A stretch of 64,000 nt of DNA from Minisyncoccota bacterium (GTDB lineage Bacteria > Patescibacteriota > Minisyncoccia > Phycocordibacterales > JAACPR01). Every line of letters starts with the position of its first letter. Positions within the stretch are counted from its first letter, which is position 1. Under the pieces are notes generated by a model that had not been told where the DNA came from, ran no database searches, and saw only the letters and a list, made by a program, of their open reading frames with translations. Made by a program: the position numbers and the translations under genes. Shown in pieces: positions 1-11,049 of the stretch. The stretch lies in assembly GCA_041674225.1 (NCBI GenBank), contig JBAYWG010000001.1:38501-102500 (forward strand). Direction: 5' to 3'.

Positions 1-223
1 TCAAACAAAAAAAATTGATCCTGCTCCTTCGATTATTTTAGTTGGTAAAAAATACTGGAAAGGTTTGGATAAATTTATAAAGAAAACAGTGCTTAAAGAG
101 CAAATGATAAGTCCTGAAGATTTAAATTTGTACACAATCACCGACGATGAAGAGGAAATAATTAACTTAATCAAAAAATCTCCAGCAAGAGAAGCTACAA
201 TACTGGCTTCAACAGATAACTAG
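1..223 (+). CDS. 3' end of a LOG-family (TIGR00730-like) Rossmann-fold protein; its 5' end lies upstream of the window.
   Basis: The frame is open from position 2 and stops at TAG 221-223. It translates ...ILVGKKYWKGLDKFIKKTVLKEQMISPEDLNLYTITDDEEEIINLIKKSPAREATILASTDN, which resembles the C-terminal region of LOG-family proteins (a VGxxYWxxLxxF-type motif). Confidence 0.45.
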   Translation, partial: QTKKIDPAPSIILVGKKYWKGLDKFIKKTVLKEQMISPEDLNLYTITDDEEEIINLIKKSPAREATILASTDN

Positions 224-325
224 ATTACGAAGAAATATACAGCCACAATTACAGCAATAACGATAGCAAGTGTGATTTCTAATTTATTATTTTTCATATT
301 TTGATTATATTACAGTAAGTAAAAA

Positions 326-859
326 CTACAAACTCGCCATGTTCACAGACTGAGCATTTTGACTTACTGCTTTTTCAATATTTTCTCGAACATTTGCAGG
401 GTTTTCGACACCTCTGATGATAAACTGTTTACTTGTACCCGCATTTTGAATACTCACATCTCCAAAATTTAAAAAAGTTTGAAACATTCCGCGCACTTCT
501 GAATTGATATCTTGAATTCTATTTAATCTGGTTGTGGTTATTTCTCTATGAAAAACACCAAGCTGCTCTACATCAATTAGATTTTTATTTGTCACAATCC
601 ACACATCCAAGTAATAATCCGTCCAAATAACAAAAGCTATCACCCACAAAACCAAAAGCCATATACTATAAAGAAATAAAAATAAAACAGTTATGTTTTT
701 TTCACTTTCAATCACAACAGGCAAAGCTGAAAAAATTGAGTAAATAAACACAGGTAAAAGTGCAGCAGCGCAAATAAAAATTGCAGGCCCCATCATTGTG
801 AACCAGTGTTTCCTCACTTCAAAAATTATGTATTCATCTTTTTCTAAATTTATTGCCAT
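326..859 (-). CDS. Membrane protein with two N-terminal TM helices and a C-terminal bacterial PH-like (YdbT/bPH_2-type) domain
   Basis: The 177-aa ORF has two hydrophobic helices, then DVWIVTNKNLIDVEQ...TTTRLNRIQDI...FGDVSI, the typical bPH_2 pattern. Confidence 0.5.
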   Translation of the reverse strand: MAINLEKDEYIIFEVRKHWFTMMGPAIFICAAALLPVFIYSIFSALPVVIESEKNITVLFLFLYSIWLLVLWVIAFVIWTDYYLDVWIVTNKNLIDVEQLGVFHREITTTRLNRIQDINSEVRGMFQTFLNFGDVSIQNAGTSKQFIIRGVENPANVRENIEKAVSQNAQSVNMASL

Positions 860-862
860 GGT

Positions 863-1099
863 TTATAGGAAATCATAAGATCCAATTAAAAGTATCGCAA
901 TCACGATAAAAGTAATAGCCCCAATAAAATACAGACTCTTAGCAAAGATACGATTGTTCCCTTTTATTCCGTAATAATTCCAATGATGCACAAGCACCCA
1001 ACTAAATAAAGAAAATAAAACCAAGGCAACAAGCAAAATTCCCCACAAAATCTCAATTGGAACATTCAAGGGAATCGTAGTAAGTGCGCCTTTTTCCAT
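863..1099 (-). CDS. Small two-TM membrane protein, hypothetical
   Basis: The 78-aa ORF is mostly hydrophobic and sits 3 nt upstream of the PH-domain gene on the same strand, as a likely operon partner. Confidence 0.4.
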   Translation of the reverse strand: MEKGALTTIPLNVPIEILWGILLVALVLFSLFSWVLVHHWNYYGIKGNNRIFAKSLYFIGAITFIVIAILLIGSYDFL

Positions 1100-1156
1100 A
1101 AATAAATTATAACACCTTTTAATTCTAGAAATAAAAAATTCTGATACAATATCTTT

Positions 1157-2392
1157 ATGTCAAAAAAAATAGGTACTGAGAGCTATAAAGGCGTAAGAGA
1201 TTTTTTTCCTCAAGAACAATTTATACAAGATTATATTTTTTTCGTTTGGGAATCTACTTTAGAAAGTTTTGGATATGAAAAATATCACGCATCTATTCTA
1301 GAGCCGACAGAATTGTATATCGCAAAATCTGGTGAAGAAATAGTTAATGACCAAACATACAATTTTAAAGACCGCGGAGATCGAGATGTTACTCTGCGCC
1401 CAGAAATGACTCCAACGGTTGCGAGAATGATTGCAGGAAAACGCCGAGAATTATCTTTCCCAGTGAGATGGTTTTCAATTCCAAATCTTTTTAGATACGA
1501 AAGACCACAAAGAGGACGGCTCCGAGAACACTGGCAATTGAATGCTGATATTTTTGGTATTGAAAACATTGAGGCAGAAGCAGAAATGATTCAAATCGCT
1601 TACAAAATTTTGCGAAACTTTGGATTAAATGATTCTCAATTTGAAATTCGAATAAATGATATTTCTCATTTAGCACAAACCCTAAAAGATGCGGGTCTTT
1701 CTGAAATTCAAATTCATCAGTACAAAAAACTTTTGGACAAAAAAGATAAGATTGATAATTTTGACGAGCAAGTGAGAAATCTTTTTGGACGACCATTTTA
1801 TCCTGATATCAAAGAAAGTGAATCTGTTGAAGCTCTTTTGGATAAAGTTCGCAATCGTGGAATTTCAAATATAAGTTTTTCACCCAACCTTGTGCGTGGA
1901 TTCGATTATTACAATGGAATTGTTTTCGAAGTTTTTAGCACCGACCCAGAAAACAATCGTTCAATTTTTGGTGGTGGAAGATACGATAATTTGACTTCTA
2001 TTTTTGGAGAAGAATCTGTGCCGGCTGTTGGTTTTGGAATGGGAGATGTCACAACTCGCGATGTTTTAGAAACATACGGTCTTCTACCCAACTATGAATT
2101 CCCTGCTATTTTGAGCATTTGTCCTCTAAACGACGCTTTTTATAATTATTCTTCTGAGCTAGCACAAGATCTTCGAGACTCTGGTATTTCAGTTATCGTT
2201 GATTATTCTGGAAAAAAGATTGGTGATCAAATTACCAAAGCTATCAAAAAAGGTGTGCAATTTATAATCTGTATTGGAGAAGAAGAAATAAATAGAAAGA
2301 AATTTACAATCAAAATTGTGAACAAAAACAAAGAAAAAACTGTGAGCCTAAATAAAATAACAAAATTTGTCGAAAAGAACATCTCACGATAA
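1157..2392 (+). CDS. hisS: Histidyl-tRNA synthetase
   Basis: The 411-aa ORF has class II aaRS motifs (motif 2, FRYERPQRGRLREHWQ), GGGRYDNL, and a C-terminal anticodon-binding domain. Confidence 0.9.
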   Translation: MSKKIGTESYKGVRDFFPQEQFIQDYIFFVWESTLESFGYEKYHASILEPTELYIAKSGEEIVNDQTYNFKDRGDRDVTLRPEMTPTVARMIAGKRRELSFPVRWFSIPNLFRYERPQRGRLREHWQLNADIFGIENIEAEAEMIQIAYKILRNFGLNDSQFEIRINDISHLAQTLKDAGLSEIQIHQYKKLLDKKDKIDNFDEQVRNLFGRPFYPDIKESESVEALLDKVRNRGISNISFSPNLVRGFDYYNGIVFEVFSTDPENNRSIFGGGRYDNLTSIFGEESVPAVGFGMGDVTTRDVLETYGLLPNYEFPAILSICPLNDAFYNYSSELAQDLRDSGISVIVDYSGKKIGDQITKAIKKGVQFIICIGEEEINRKKFTIKIVNKNKEKTVSLNKITKFVEKNISR

Positions 2393-2404
2393 TATGTACC
2401 CTTC

Positions 2405-2989
2405 ATGCGCAAGATTACATTCGATATAGAAACGATAAATACATTCCAAGAAGCCAACTCAACTTTTGCAAAAGATTTAGATTTAGCGGTGGTGTGTATT
2501 CATGATTCTGAAACAGATCAGTACACTCATTATTTTAAAGAAACTTTACACGAGCTTTGGCCGATTATAGAAAAAGCAGATCTGCTTATCGGATTCAACT
2601 CAAATCATTTTGATATTCCACTTTTAGATAAATATTATGCCGGTAATCTTTTTGATATTAAAAGTTTAGATTTGTTGGAAAAAATTCACGCTTCGCTTGG
2701 ACGAAGAATTAAATTGGATGATGTCGCACAAGCAACTCTTGGACAAAAGAAAAGTGGAAATGGTTTGGAATCAATTGTGTGGTGGAGAAATGGTGAAATC
2801 GATCGTGTCGTTGAATACTGCAAGCAAGATGTGAAAGTCACTCTCGATATCTACAACTACGCGATGAAATACGGAAAATTAAAATATCCAAAAAACAACG
2901 CCGGCAAAATGGAGATTGGTGAATTCCCACTTGATACAAGTGAATGGGAAACTAAGGGTGGAGTGCTTGCGCCGACGCTGGGGTTTTAA
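2405..2989 (+). CDS. DEDDy-type 3'-5' exonuclease (RNase H-like fold, PolB-exonuclease-like)
   Basis: Three exonuclease motifs are present: FDIET (Exo I), FNSNHFDIPLL (Exo II) and YCKQDVKVTLDIY (Exo III with Tyr). Confidence 0.55.
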   Translation: MRKITFDIETINTFQEANSTFAKDLDLAVVCIHDSETDQYTHYFKETLHELWPIIEKADLLIGFNSNHFDIPLLDKYYAGNLFDIKSLDLLEKIHASLGRRIKLDDVAQATLGQKKSGNGLESIVWWRNGEIDRVVEYCKQDVKVTLDIYNYAMKYGKLKYPKNNAGKMEIGEFPLDTSEWETKGGVLAPTLGF

Positions 2990-2993
2990 AATA

Positions 2994-3024
2994 AAAAGTG
3001 TTTGGTATCTGAATACCAAACACT
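2994..3024. terminator. Bidirectional stem-loop between convergent genes
   Basis: aaaagtgtttggtat-ctga-ataccaaacact forms a 12-bp perfect stem between the exonuclease gene (+) and the 93-aa gene (-). Confidence 0.5.
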
Positions 3025-3029
3025 AAGAA

Positions 3030-3311
3030 TTACTCAACCAACATCCAGTTGCGAACCCTTTCGATTTGAAAAGAAACACAATTAAATTCAGGATGTCTTT
3101 CTAACATTTCCAGAACTTCAACAGCACCTCTACAGTTGCCACCGTTACTGTATTCTCCACGTATGCACTCTTGGATGTAGGTTTCAACTATTAGTTTTTT
3201 GGTATCCTCCCAGCCTTGCACTGTATGTGTCTCTTGGGGAATAATCAACGTTGTTTCTTGACCTCTGACAGAGATAAACGCAAAAGGTTTTAATTCTTCT
3301 GTAATATTCAT
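3030..3311 (-). CDS. Hypothetical 93-aa protein
   Basis: An ORF with no recognisable motif that is convergent with the exonuclease gene. Confidence 0.35.
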   Translation of the reverse strand: MNITEELKPFAFISVRGQETTLIIPQETHTVQGWEDTKKLIVETYIQECIRGEYSNGGNCRGAVEVLEMLERHPEFNCVSFQIERVRNWMLVE

Positions 3312-3368
3312 ATTTTGTTTTAACTAATTCAAAACAAAACTATCATTTTAAAGAGAATAATCAACCCA

Positions 3369-4178
3369 TTAAACAAAAAACAAAACCGCAATCGCCAAAA
3401 CAAATCTATAGACAACAAACGCATTCATTGTGTGTTTCTTTAAAAATGTCACTAAAAAATGAATTGCTAAAATTCCCACAAAAAACGAAGCGAGTGAGCC
3501 AGCAAAAAGCTCGATTCCAATTGAATTCAAAACTCCGTTTGAACCTAAATCTAAAAGTTTTTTCAAACCAGCACCGAGCAACACAGGAAAAGCCAAAACA
3601 AAAGCAAACCGTGTGGCTTCTTCTCTTTTTAATCCTAAAAACAAACCTCCGGAAATTGTCATTCCAGACCTAGAAAATCCAGGAATCAAAGCGAGTGCTT
3701 GAAAAAATCCAACTCCAATTCCCCTCTTCACATTTAAATCTACATTCTTCTCTGCATATCTTTTGCTAAATCTTTCTGCAAAAAACATAATCAAACCTCC
3801 AACAATCAAACTCATTGCAACTAAAAATGAATTTCGAAAAAGTGTATCCATCGAATCTTCTAAAAATAATCCAATCACTACAGCAGGAATCGTTCCTAAA
3901 ATAACAGCTTTCAATAAAATTAATTCTTTTGGTTCAATATTTTTCCGCGCTACAAATTTAAAAAAGTTTTTCACTAAACCAAAAATATCTTTTCTGAAAT
4001 AAACAAGTACTGCCAAAGTTGTCGCCAATTGAAGCACTGCATCAAAAGCCAAGCTATAAGCCACATTCATACCCAAAATCTCCCTGGCAAGTATCAAATG
4101 CCCCGAAGATGACACCGGAATGAACTCTGTAGCCCCCTGAACTATGCCTAAAATCACTGAATTTACTATTTCCATCAT
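3369..4178 (-). CDS. uppP: Undecaprenyl-diphosphatase (BacA/UppP)
   Basis: The 269-aa polytopic membrane protein has GATEFIPVSSSGHL near the N-terminus and PGFSRSG in the second half, the UppP signature motifs. Confidence 0.85.
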   Translation of the reverse strand: MMEIVNSVILGIVQGATEFIPVSSSGHLILAREILGMNVAYSLAFDAVLQLATTLAVLVYFRKDIFGLVKNFFKFVARKNIEPKELILLKAVILGTIPAVVIGLFLEDSMDTLFRNSFLVAMSLIVGGLIMFFAERFSKRYAEKNVDLNVKRGIGVGFFQALALIPGFSRSGMTISGGLFLGLKREEATRFAFVLAFPVLLGAGLKKLLDLGSNGVLNSIGIELFAGSLASFFVGILAIHFLVTFLKKHTMNAFVVYRFVLAIAVLFFV

Positions 4179-4218
4179 GTTTTGCTATAATATCACTGTT
4201 TATCCTAACAAGTAAAAT

Positions 4219-4944
4219 ATGAACGAAAATAAACTTTTTGTACCAATTTCAATTTTAGTAGCGGGACTGATTATTGCAGGTGCGGTTTTCTTTACTCAAG
4301 ACAGTAGAGCACCAGGTGCACCAACAGACGAAGAGACACCAGTGCAAGTAGAAGTAAAACCAGTGACATCAGATGATCACATCATCGGTGACATGAATGC
4401 AGAAATAGTTATTGTTGAATATTCAGATTTCGAATGTCCATTCTGTGCAAACTTCCATAAAACAATGGATCAAATCATGACAGAGTACGGACCTACAGGA
4501 AAAGTTGCTTGGGTTTACCGACACTTTCCTTTAGATCAAATTCACAAAGAAGCTCGACCAGCAGCGGAAGCTTCTGAATGTGTAGCTAACTTAGGTGGAA
4601 ATGATGCATTCTGGAATTATTCAAAATTATTATTTGCAAATGCTCCAACATCACTTTCTACAGACAATCTTAAATCAAACGCGGTTTCATTGGGAATCGA
4701 CGAAGCAGCTTTCACATCATGTGTTGATGAAGGAAAATTCCGAGATCGAGTAGAAGATAATTACCAAAGTGGTATGGAACTAGCAAAAAATGACAGAAAT
4801 TTTGGAACTCCATATTCTGTAGTGATCACAAAGAAAGATGGTGCACAAATCACAATCCCAGGAGCTCAATCATATAGTGTTTTGAAACAACTTATTGATG
4901 CAGTTCTTGCAGAAAGTGCCCCAGCAGATCAAGCAACAAACTAA
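4219..4944 (+). CDS. DsbA-family thiol:disulfide oxidoreductase (membrane-anchored thioredoxin fold)
   Basis: An N-terminal TM helix is followed by a CPFC active-site motif in a thioredoxin-like context (EYSDFECPFCANFH). Confidence 0.75.
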   Translation: MNENKLFVPISILVAGLIIAGAVFFTQDSRAPGAPTDEETPVQVEVKPVTSDDHIIGDMNAEIVIVEYSDFECPFCANFHKTMDQIMTEYGPTGKVAWVYRHFPLDQIHKEARPAAEASECVANLGGNDAFWNYSKLLFANAPTSLSTDNLKSNAVSLGIDEAAFTSCVDEGKFRDRVEDNYQSGMELAKNDRNFGTPYSVVITKKDGAQITIPGAQSYSVLKQLIDAVLAESAPADQATN

Positions 4945-4951
4945 ATAGAAC

Positions 4952-7945
4952 TTAATCGTTCATAATCTTACGCAAAGCGCAGAATTCACATTCTGCGCTT
5001 TCGCATTTCTTGTCCCAAAAATCAAAATTATAAATTGATTCCAAAGTTTCTGACAAAATAACTTTTAGATTCTCAACATCTTCGAGAGTAATATCGAAAG
5101 CTTCTTTTTTATATTTACCACTGTTTTCATCTGCTTCCACGAAATCAATCACCCCAACATTCATTTGATATTTTGCGTCGTCATAAGAATCTAAAAGAAG
5201 TTTATAGAAAATTAATTGTCGAAAATAATCACCTGTTTCAGTTTTAGTCTCACCCATCAAAGCATTCCGAGATTTCGGTTTTGAAGTTTTGTAATCAACA
5301 ATGGTTACAGTCCCATTGTCATTGAACTCTATTTTGTCCAAATTACCCGTTAGAGTGATTTTATTTTCATTAAAGGGAAAATCTATGCCTGAGACATTAA
5401 ACTCTGTCAGAAGCTGTTGTGGCCACGAATTTTTATAGAAATCAAAATACCCACCAAGAGATTTTTTACCTTTTGCTTCCAATTCGGAGTGAGTTTTTGA
5501 ATCAATCTTTTGTTGTCTTAAATAATAAACAAATTTATCTAGCAGAAAATCTTTTGTTGGTTCTTCACCTTTAGAATATTTTTCGAAGAAGTCTTTCATT
5601 GCCGCATGAACAGATGTTCCGTATTGCTGATATTTTGAATATGCAAAGGGAATTCGGATTAAGTTTGTGAAAAAATATTTCCACGGACATGTTAGATAAT
5701 TGTTTAGAGCTGTGACAGAAAAACTTTGTGCCAAGAATTTTTCTTGTAGATAAGTTTTGTCATGCAAACTAGAGTTAGTTGGTTTTGAATCCAAAATATA
5801 GTGAGGTGTTTTATCTAAAGTTTTTTCAATTTCTAGAGTGTCGATTTTTTCAATCAAATTTTTATCAATCTCATCTATGAAAATACTTGGCATCAGTGAG
5901 CTGTTATCTGAATTTTTGTTTGAATACGAAATGGAAACGTGATCTTTTGCGCGAGTAATTGCAACATAAAAAAGTCGTCTTTCGTCTGCTTCACCAGCTT
6001 CGTCTTCGTCATTCAAAATTTCTGGCAATACAAAATATTCTTTCTTTGGCTTCCCTCCCCATCTTTTATTTGTAACACCAATAATAAATACTTTTTTAAA
6101 CTCTAATCCCTTAGATTTGTGAGCTGTCATAAGTTGAACACCTTTCACTCCACTTTTTTCAATAAAAGGAACCAAGACTTTATACTCTTCCAAAATATTT
6201 ATATGTTTCAAAAGATCTTTTGTTAATACAACTGATTCTGCATTATCAATTTTCTTTATTTCATTAAACAAAACATCCACGGCACTTAATCTCTCGAAAG
6301 AATTTTCTGATTGAAGAATATGTTTAAGCATTCCAGAATCTTTGAAGATCTTTTCTAAAACATTTCCAACATAATCTTGATAAGACATCCTAGACCATTC
6401 GCTTATCATTTGAGTTATATTTTGAAGCTTCTCAATTTCTTTTACACCCAACTCGTCCAAAATATTTTTATCTGTCAAAACATCAATTATCGGCAGATCT
6501 TTTCTATAAGCCCAATTCAAAACTTTATGCGTGTCCACAATATTTATTTCAAAATGCGCGAACAAAAGCATGTTTGAAAGAGATTGATTGTCTAATGGAT
6601 TATCAGCCACACGAAGCATTGTGATTAGTTTTTTCACCTCGGAGTTTTGAAGAAGGTTTCTGTCAGAACGCACAGTAAAAGGAATATCTGACTTTTCCAA
6701 ATATTTCAAAACGTCAAAAAGATCTGCGTTGTTTCTATAAAGCACCGCGATTTCATCTGGTTCTGTACCGCTTTTGATTTCTTCCTTAATTGATTCAAGT
6801 AAAAACTTAACTTCTGAATCCGTATTTTCAAATTCATATAAAGAAATATTTTTGTCCGTCTTATCTGTTCCACTAATTAGTCTTTGTCTCAAAGTCTGAT
6901 CCTCCACCACATTGTTCAGAATCATAGAATGAGAAGCATCCAAAATAGTCTGTGTAGATCGATAGTTTTTATCTAGGTTAATTAATTTTGTGTCTGTGTA
7001 TCTATCTTTAAAATACAAAAAGTTATTTAGAGAAGCACCTTGGAATCTAAAAATGGCCTGCTTTTCATCTCCAACGATAAAAATATTTGGAGATTCATGA
7101 AAACTTGAAAGCAATTCTAAAATTTTATTTTGTGCGTTGTTTGTATCTTGATGTTCGTCAGCTAAAAGATATTGATATTCTTCTTGAAGTGTCAGAAGTA
7201 ATCCTTCTTCTTTTTCCAAAGCCAAAACAACTTCTAGAATCATGTCGTCGAAATCGTATTTATGTGAATCAAATAAATTTTGTTGATATTTTTCATAAAA
7301 ATCTGCAAGCTCCAAACTTTTATCAAGCTTTTGAATTCGATTTTTACTCTTCACCATCAACTCTCCTTTTTTATTGTAGGAATCCGCATCAGCAATTAAA
7401 ATATCTTTTTCCTTTTGCAAAAAGTTTTTGTAATTTTCAGGAGAAAGACCTTCTTTTTTCAAATCTTTAATAATTGAAATAATTTTCCTTGCATAGTAAT
7501 AAGGATCTCCATACGGAGTCAGATGTTCCCATTTATTTTCATCAAGAATTTTTTCGATGATTTGATATTGATCTGTATTTGCGAGATTTTTCCCTCCAAT
7601 AATTTTTGGAAAATACTCTGGATAATTTTGAATTATTTCATTACAAAAACTATGAAAAGTGTGGATTTGAATTCTGTATCCCACATTACCCAAGAGTCCA
7701 ACCAGTTTTTTTCTCATAGCATAAACACCCGACTCTGTGAAAGTCAGTGCCAAAATATTTTCCGGTGCAGTGTCAGTTTTTAGAAGAATTTGAGCAATTC
7801 TTAAGCTCAAAATAGTTGTCTTTCCAGTTCCTGGCCCCGCTATCACCATCACAGGCCCTTCAATTGTGTCTACAGCAAGTTTTTGAGCTTCATTTAAAGC
7901 CTTGTATTGCTTATCAAATTCAGGGGATGTAATTTCTCTCGCCAT
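4952..7945 (-). CDS. UvrD/PcrA-type SF1 helicase fused to a C-terminal PD-(D/E)XK nuclease domain (AddA-like helicase-nuclease)
   Basis: The 997-aa ORF has Walker A AGPGTGKTT, helicase motifs (DEHQDTN, VGDEKQAIFRFQGA, YRS, TAHKSKGLEF) and a C-terminal nuclease-like region with a Cys cluster (CPWKYF...CESAECEFC). Confidence 0.8.
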   Translation of the reverse strand: MAREITSPEFDKQYKALNEAQKLAVDTIEGPVMVIAGPGTGKTTILSLRIAQILLKTDTAPENILALTFTESGVYAMRKKLVGLLGNVGYRIQIHTFHSFCNEIIQNYPEYFPKIIGGKNLANTDQYQIIEKILDENKWEHLTPYGDPYYYARKIISIIKDLKKEGLSPENYKNFLQKEKDILIADADSYNKKGELMVKSKNRIQKLDKSLELADFYEKYQQNLFDSHKYDFDDMILEVVLALEKEEGLLLTLQEEYQYLLADEHQDTNNAQNKILELLSSFHESPNIFIVGDEKQAIFRFQGASLNNFLYFKDRYTDTKLINLDKNYRSTQTILDASHSMILNNVVEDQTLRQRLISGTDKTDKNISLYEFENTDSEVKFLLESIKEEIKSGTEPDEIAVLYRNNADLFDVLKYLEKSDIPFTVRSDRNLLQNSEVKKLITMLRVADNPLDNQSLSNMLLFAHFEINIVDTHKVLNWAYRKDLPIIDVLTDKNILDELGVKEIEKLQNITQMISEWSRMSYQDYVGNVLEKIFKDSGMLKHILQSENSFERLSAVDVLFNEIKKIDNAESVVLTKDLLKHINILEEYKVLVPFIEKSGVKGVQLMTAHKSKGLEFKKVFIIGVTNKRWGGKPKKEYFVLPEILNDEDEAGEADERRLFYVAITRAKDHVSISYSNKNSDNSSLMPSIFIDEIDKNLIEKIDTLEIEKTLDKTPHYILDSKPTNSSLHDKTYLQEKFLAQSFSVTALNNYLTCPWKYFFTNLIRIPFAYSKYQQYGTSVHAAMKDFFEKYSKGEEPTKDFLLDKFVYYLRQQKIDSKTHSELEAKGKKSLGGYFDFYKNSWPQQLLTEFNVSGIDFPFNENKITLTGNLDKIEFNDNGTVTIVDYKTSKPKSRNALMGETKTETGDYFRQLIFYKLLLDSYDDAKYQMNVGVIDFVEADENSGKYKKEAFDITLEDVENLKVILSETLESIYNFDFWDKKCESAECEFCALRKIMND

Positions 7946-7994
7946 ATTTATAGACTTGCATTATAGCAACAAAAACGCCAAGACTTGAGACTTT

Positions 7995-9293
7995 TTAGTA
8001 GTTCTTCAAACGATTTGCCTTTGAGTGTTGTCGGATTTTTTCGTGAGCTTTTGCTTCGATTTGTCGGATTCTTTCACGAGTTACACCAAATTTCTTTCCT
8101 ACTTCTTCAAGAGTGTGTTGAATACCATCATTCAAACCATGCCGCATTTCCAAAATTCTTCTTTCTTTTTCAGAAAGGTCATTCAAAATTTCTTGCACTT
8201 GGTCTGTAAGAATTCTTCGAGAAGCTTCTTGGTCTGGAGACAAAATTTTATCATCCGCTAGAAAATCACCTAGAGAAGATTTATCATCTTCACCATCACC
8301 AATCGGGCTTTCCAAACTAATCGTGCTTTGATCAATTTTTTCAATTGTATAAATTTTATCTACTTCAACTCCCATTTCCACAGCAATTTCTTCTGGCATA
8401 GGATCTCTTCCTAGATCTTGGCTAAGTCGTCGATGAATTTGTTTGTATTTGGCAATCGTTTCAACCATGTGAACCGGTACACGAATTGTTCTAGATTGAT
8501 CAGCTAGCGCACGAGTGATAGCCTGTCTAATCCACCATGTAGCATAAGTAGAAAACTTGAATCCTTTTGATTGATCAAATTTATCTACAGCTTTAAACAA
8601 ACCTAAGTTACCTTCTTGAATTAAATCTAGAAGTGTTAGATCAGGACTTCTTCCTACATATTTTTTTGCAATAGAAACAACAAGTCTCAAGTTCGCTCGA
8701 GCTAAAAGTTTTCTGGCCTCATCATCACCAACTTCAATTCTTTTTGCTAATTCTTTTTCTTCGGCAGCTTGAATCAAAGGATATTGTCCAATCTCTTTTA
8801 GATAAATTTGGATTGAATCGTATTGTGAAGAAGATTGTTTTGAATAATTGTATTTACTCAATTCTGGATCAGGCTCTACGCTAAGTAATCCACCCCCTTC
8901 CAAAACATCAATTCCCATTTGAGTAAACTTTGCGTACATCTCATCCAAAAACAGAACATCAGTTTCAACAGTTGGAAACTCACGCAAAATTTCATCATAT
9001 GTAATATAACCTCGCTCTTTTCCTTTATGTACAAGTTTAGCTAATTTTTTATCTAGCTCTTGCCTTTGTTTTGAAACTTTTTTCTCAACAATTTTAACAA
9101 CCTTTTTTACAGGCTTCTTTTCAACTTTTTTTATAATTTTAGTAGTAGATGGCTTTTTTGTGTTCTTTTTGGCAACACTAACCGGTCGCTTCGTAATTTT
9201 ATTTTTAGCGACTGTCATTTTTTTAGTTTTTACAGGTTTTCCTGATTTATTTTTTATTGATTTTTGTACTTTTTTAATGTTCTTTTTTGCCAT
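7995..9293 (-). CDS. rpoD: RNA polymerase sigma-70 factor with a lysine-rich N-terminal extension
   Basis: Regions 2-4 are conserved ([32 protein letters not shown], region 4 [20 protein letters not shown]). The N-terminal ~75 aa are K-rich low-complexity sequence. Confidence 0.9.
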   Translation of the reverse strand: MAKKNIKKVQKSIKNKSGKPVKTKKMTVAKNKITKRPVSVAKKNTKKPSTTKIIKKVEKKPVKKVVKIVEKKVSKQRQELDKKLAKLVHKGKERGYITYDEILREFPTVETDVLFLDEMYAKFTQMGIDVLEGGGLLSVEPDPELSKYNYSKQSSSQYDSIQIYLKEIGQYPLIQAAEEKELAKRIEVGDDEARKLLARANLRLVVSIAKKYVGRSPDLTLLDLIQEGNLGLFKAVDKFDQSKGFKFSTYATWWIRQAITRALADQSRTIRVPVHMVETIAKYKQIHRRLSQDLGRDPMPEEIAVEMGVEVDKIYTIEKIDQSTISLESPIGDGEDDKSSLGDFLADDKILSPDQEASRRILTDQVQEILNDLSEKERRILEMRHGLNDGIQHTLEEVGKKFGVTRERIRQIEAKAHEKIRQHSKANRLKNY

Positions 9294-9327
9294 ACAAAAT
9301 GGTGCGTTAATACTACAATTTTTATTT

Positions 9328-11025
9328 CTATATGTCTATACCATCAATACTCAGCGATTCTATCTGTTTTGAAATTTCTTGCAACTCTTTCAGTAAATTG
9401 TCGTGAGATAATTTTTCATTTGAACTTTCAGAAATTTCTAACTCTTTTCTAATCTCAACTCTTCTAGATTCAAGTAATGTTTTTTTGATTCTGACTAACA
9501 ATTCTTTGATTGTTTGTTGTAAAACTTTTATATCAGAATATGCAGACTCAGTTGTAAAAATAATTGCATCAATATTTGGATTTCTTTCTGTAAGCTCGAT
9601 AGAATCTTTACCAATTATTTCTATAATTTTATTTTCCAACTTAAAAACATCTACATCTGGATTTGTTTTTGCTTTTTGCCAAAACAAAATTCCAAGAAGC
9701 TGATCCGTCATTGATTTTTTCTCTTCGCTTTTATTATCATCTTTTCTTTCTTCAATAGAGATAATGTTTTTTACCTCAGAAACTTCTCTCCACAAAACAT
9801 CAGATGAAAGATTAAATTTACGCGAAATTTTTTCAATAAAATGAGATTGCTCGATTGCGCTCTCCAATTTATTTACATAAGGAATCAATACTTTATGAAT
9901 TTCTATTGCCAAAGATCTTCTATCTAATTTCTTTGCATCAATTTGATCGATCAAACAATCAATAATGTGAGAGGCGTTTCTTATAGCCTTTTTCCACTCT
10001 TCAGGAGTATCTTTAACCAAATCTGCGGGATCTTTACCCAGTGGAAGCTTAGCAATTTTCACATCCATTCCTTTTGAAAGAGCGAGCTGCCAAACCTTTT
10101 CAGAGGCTCGAAATCCAGCACCATCTGCATCAAGTGCAATGACAATCCGTGAAGAAAGTCTTGCAAGTTGAGTGAGCTGATCATCAGTCATCGCCGTTCC
10201 AGAAGTCGCCACAGTATTTGTGTATCCCATTTGATGAGACATAATCGCATCAAACTGCCCTTCAACCAAAATACTAAAATTATTTTTTCTAATTGAAGTT
10301 TTGGCCAAATGCAATCCGTACAAAATATGTGACTTACTGAAAAAAGTTGTTTCAGGACTGTTCACATACTTCGCTTGTTTATCATCAGGAATCAAAATTC
10401 TTCCAGTGAACCCAACAACCTTTTCTGATGAATTAGAAATTGGAAACATTATCCTTCCTCTAAATCTGTCGTAGTATTTCCCCTTCTCACCCTTTTTAAT
10501 CAATCCAACTTGTTCTATGTCACGATCTTCAAAACCTAATGTTTTTAAATGATTGTGTAGATCAGACCAATTATTTTCGATGCTTCCTATTCTCCATTTT
10601 TCAATTGTCTCATCAGTCACTCCTCTATCTTTCAAATATTTTTTTGCGCTCTCATTTTTTGAAAGCATATCTTGAAAAAAACTAGTTGCAGAATCTAAAA
10701 CTTTAAATCCTTTATCTTTTTCAGATCGGTCTCCAAATTTTGTATTTGAAAGAGTTATACCAGCTCTATCGGCCAACATTTTCAAAGAAGCAACGAAATC
10801 AATTCCTTCAAAAGATTCTACAAATGAAAAAACATCCCCTTTTTTACCACACCCGAAACAATAGAATGTTCCTCTATCTGGTGAGATAAACAAAGAAGGA
10901 GTTTTTTCATTGTGAAAAGGGCAACAAGCCTTGAAATTTTTTCCAGACTTTTCAACCTTTATATAAGATCCGATCAAATCAACTATATCTGTTCGTTCTT
11001 TAATTTTTTCAACATCAGAATTCAT
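9328..11025 (-). CDS. dnaG: DNA primase
   Basis: A CHC2 zinc finger ([14 protein letters not shown]...YCFGCG) and a TOPRIM domain (EGQFDAI...LDADGAG) are present. Confidence 0.9.
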   Translation of the reverse strand: MNSDVEKIKERTDIVDLIGSYIKVEKSGKNFKACCPFHNEKTPSLFISPDRGTFYCFGCGKKGDVFSFVESFEGIDFVASLKMLADRAGITLSNTKFGDRSEKDKGFKVLDSATSFFQDMLSKNESAKKYLKDRGVTDETIEKWRIGSIENNWSDLHNHLKTLGFEDRDIEQVGLIKKGEKGKYYDRFRGRIMFPISNSSEKVVGFTGRILIPDDKQAKYVNSPETTFFSKSHILYGLHLAKTSIRKNNFSILVEGQFDAIMSHQMGYTNTVATSGTAMTDDQLTQLARLSSRIVIALDADGAGFRASEKVWQLALSKGMDVKIAKLPLGKDPADLVKDTPEEWKKAIRNASHIIDCLIDQIDAKKLDRRSLAIEIHKVLIPYVNKLESAIEQSHFIEKISRKFNLSSDVLWREVSEVKNIISIEERKDDNKSEEKKSMTDQLLGILFWQKAKTNPDVDVFKLENKIIEIIGKDSIELTERNPNIDAIIFTTESAYSDIKVLQQTIKELLVRIKKTLLESRRVEIRKELEISESSNEKLSHDNLLKELQEISKQIESLSIDGIDI

Positions 11026-11049
11026 ACGGGTTTAATACTCCGTACTATA

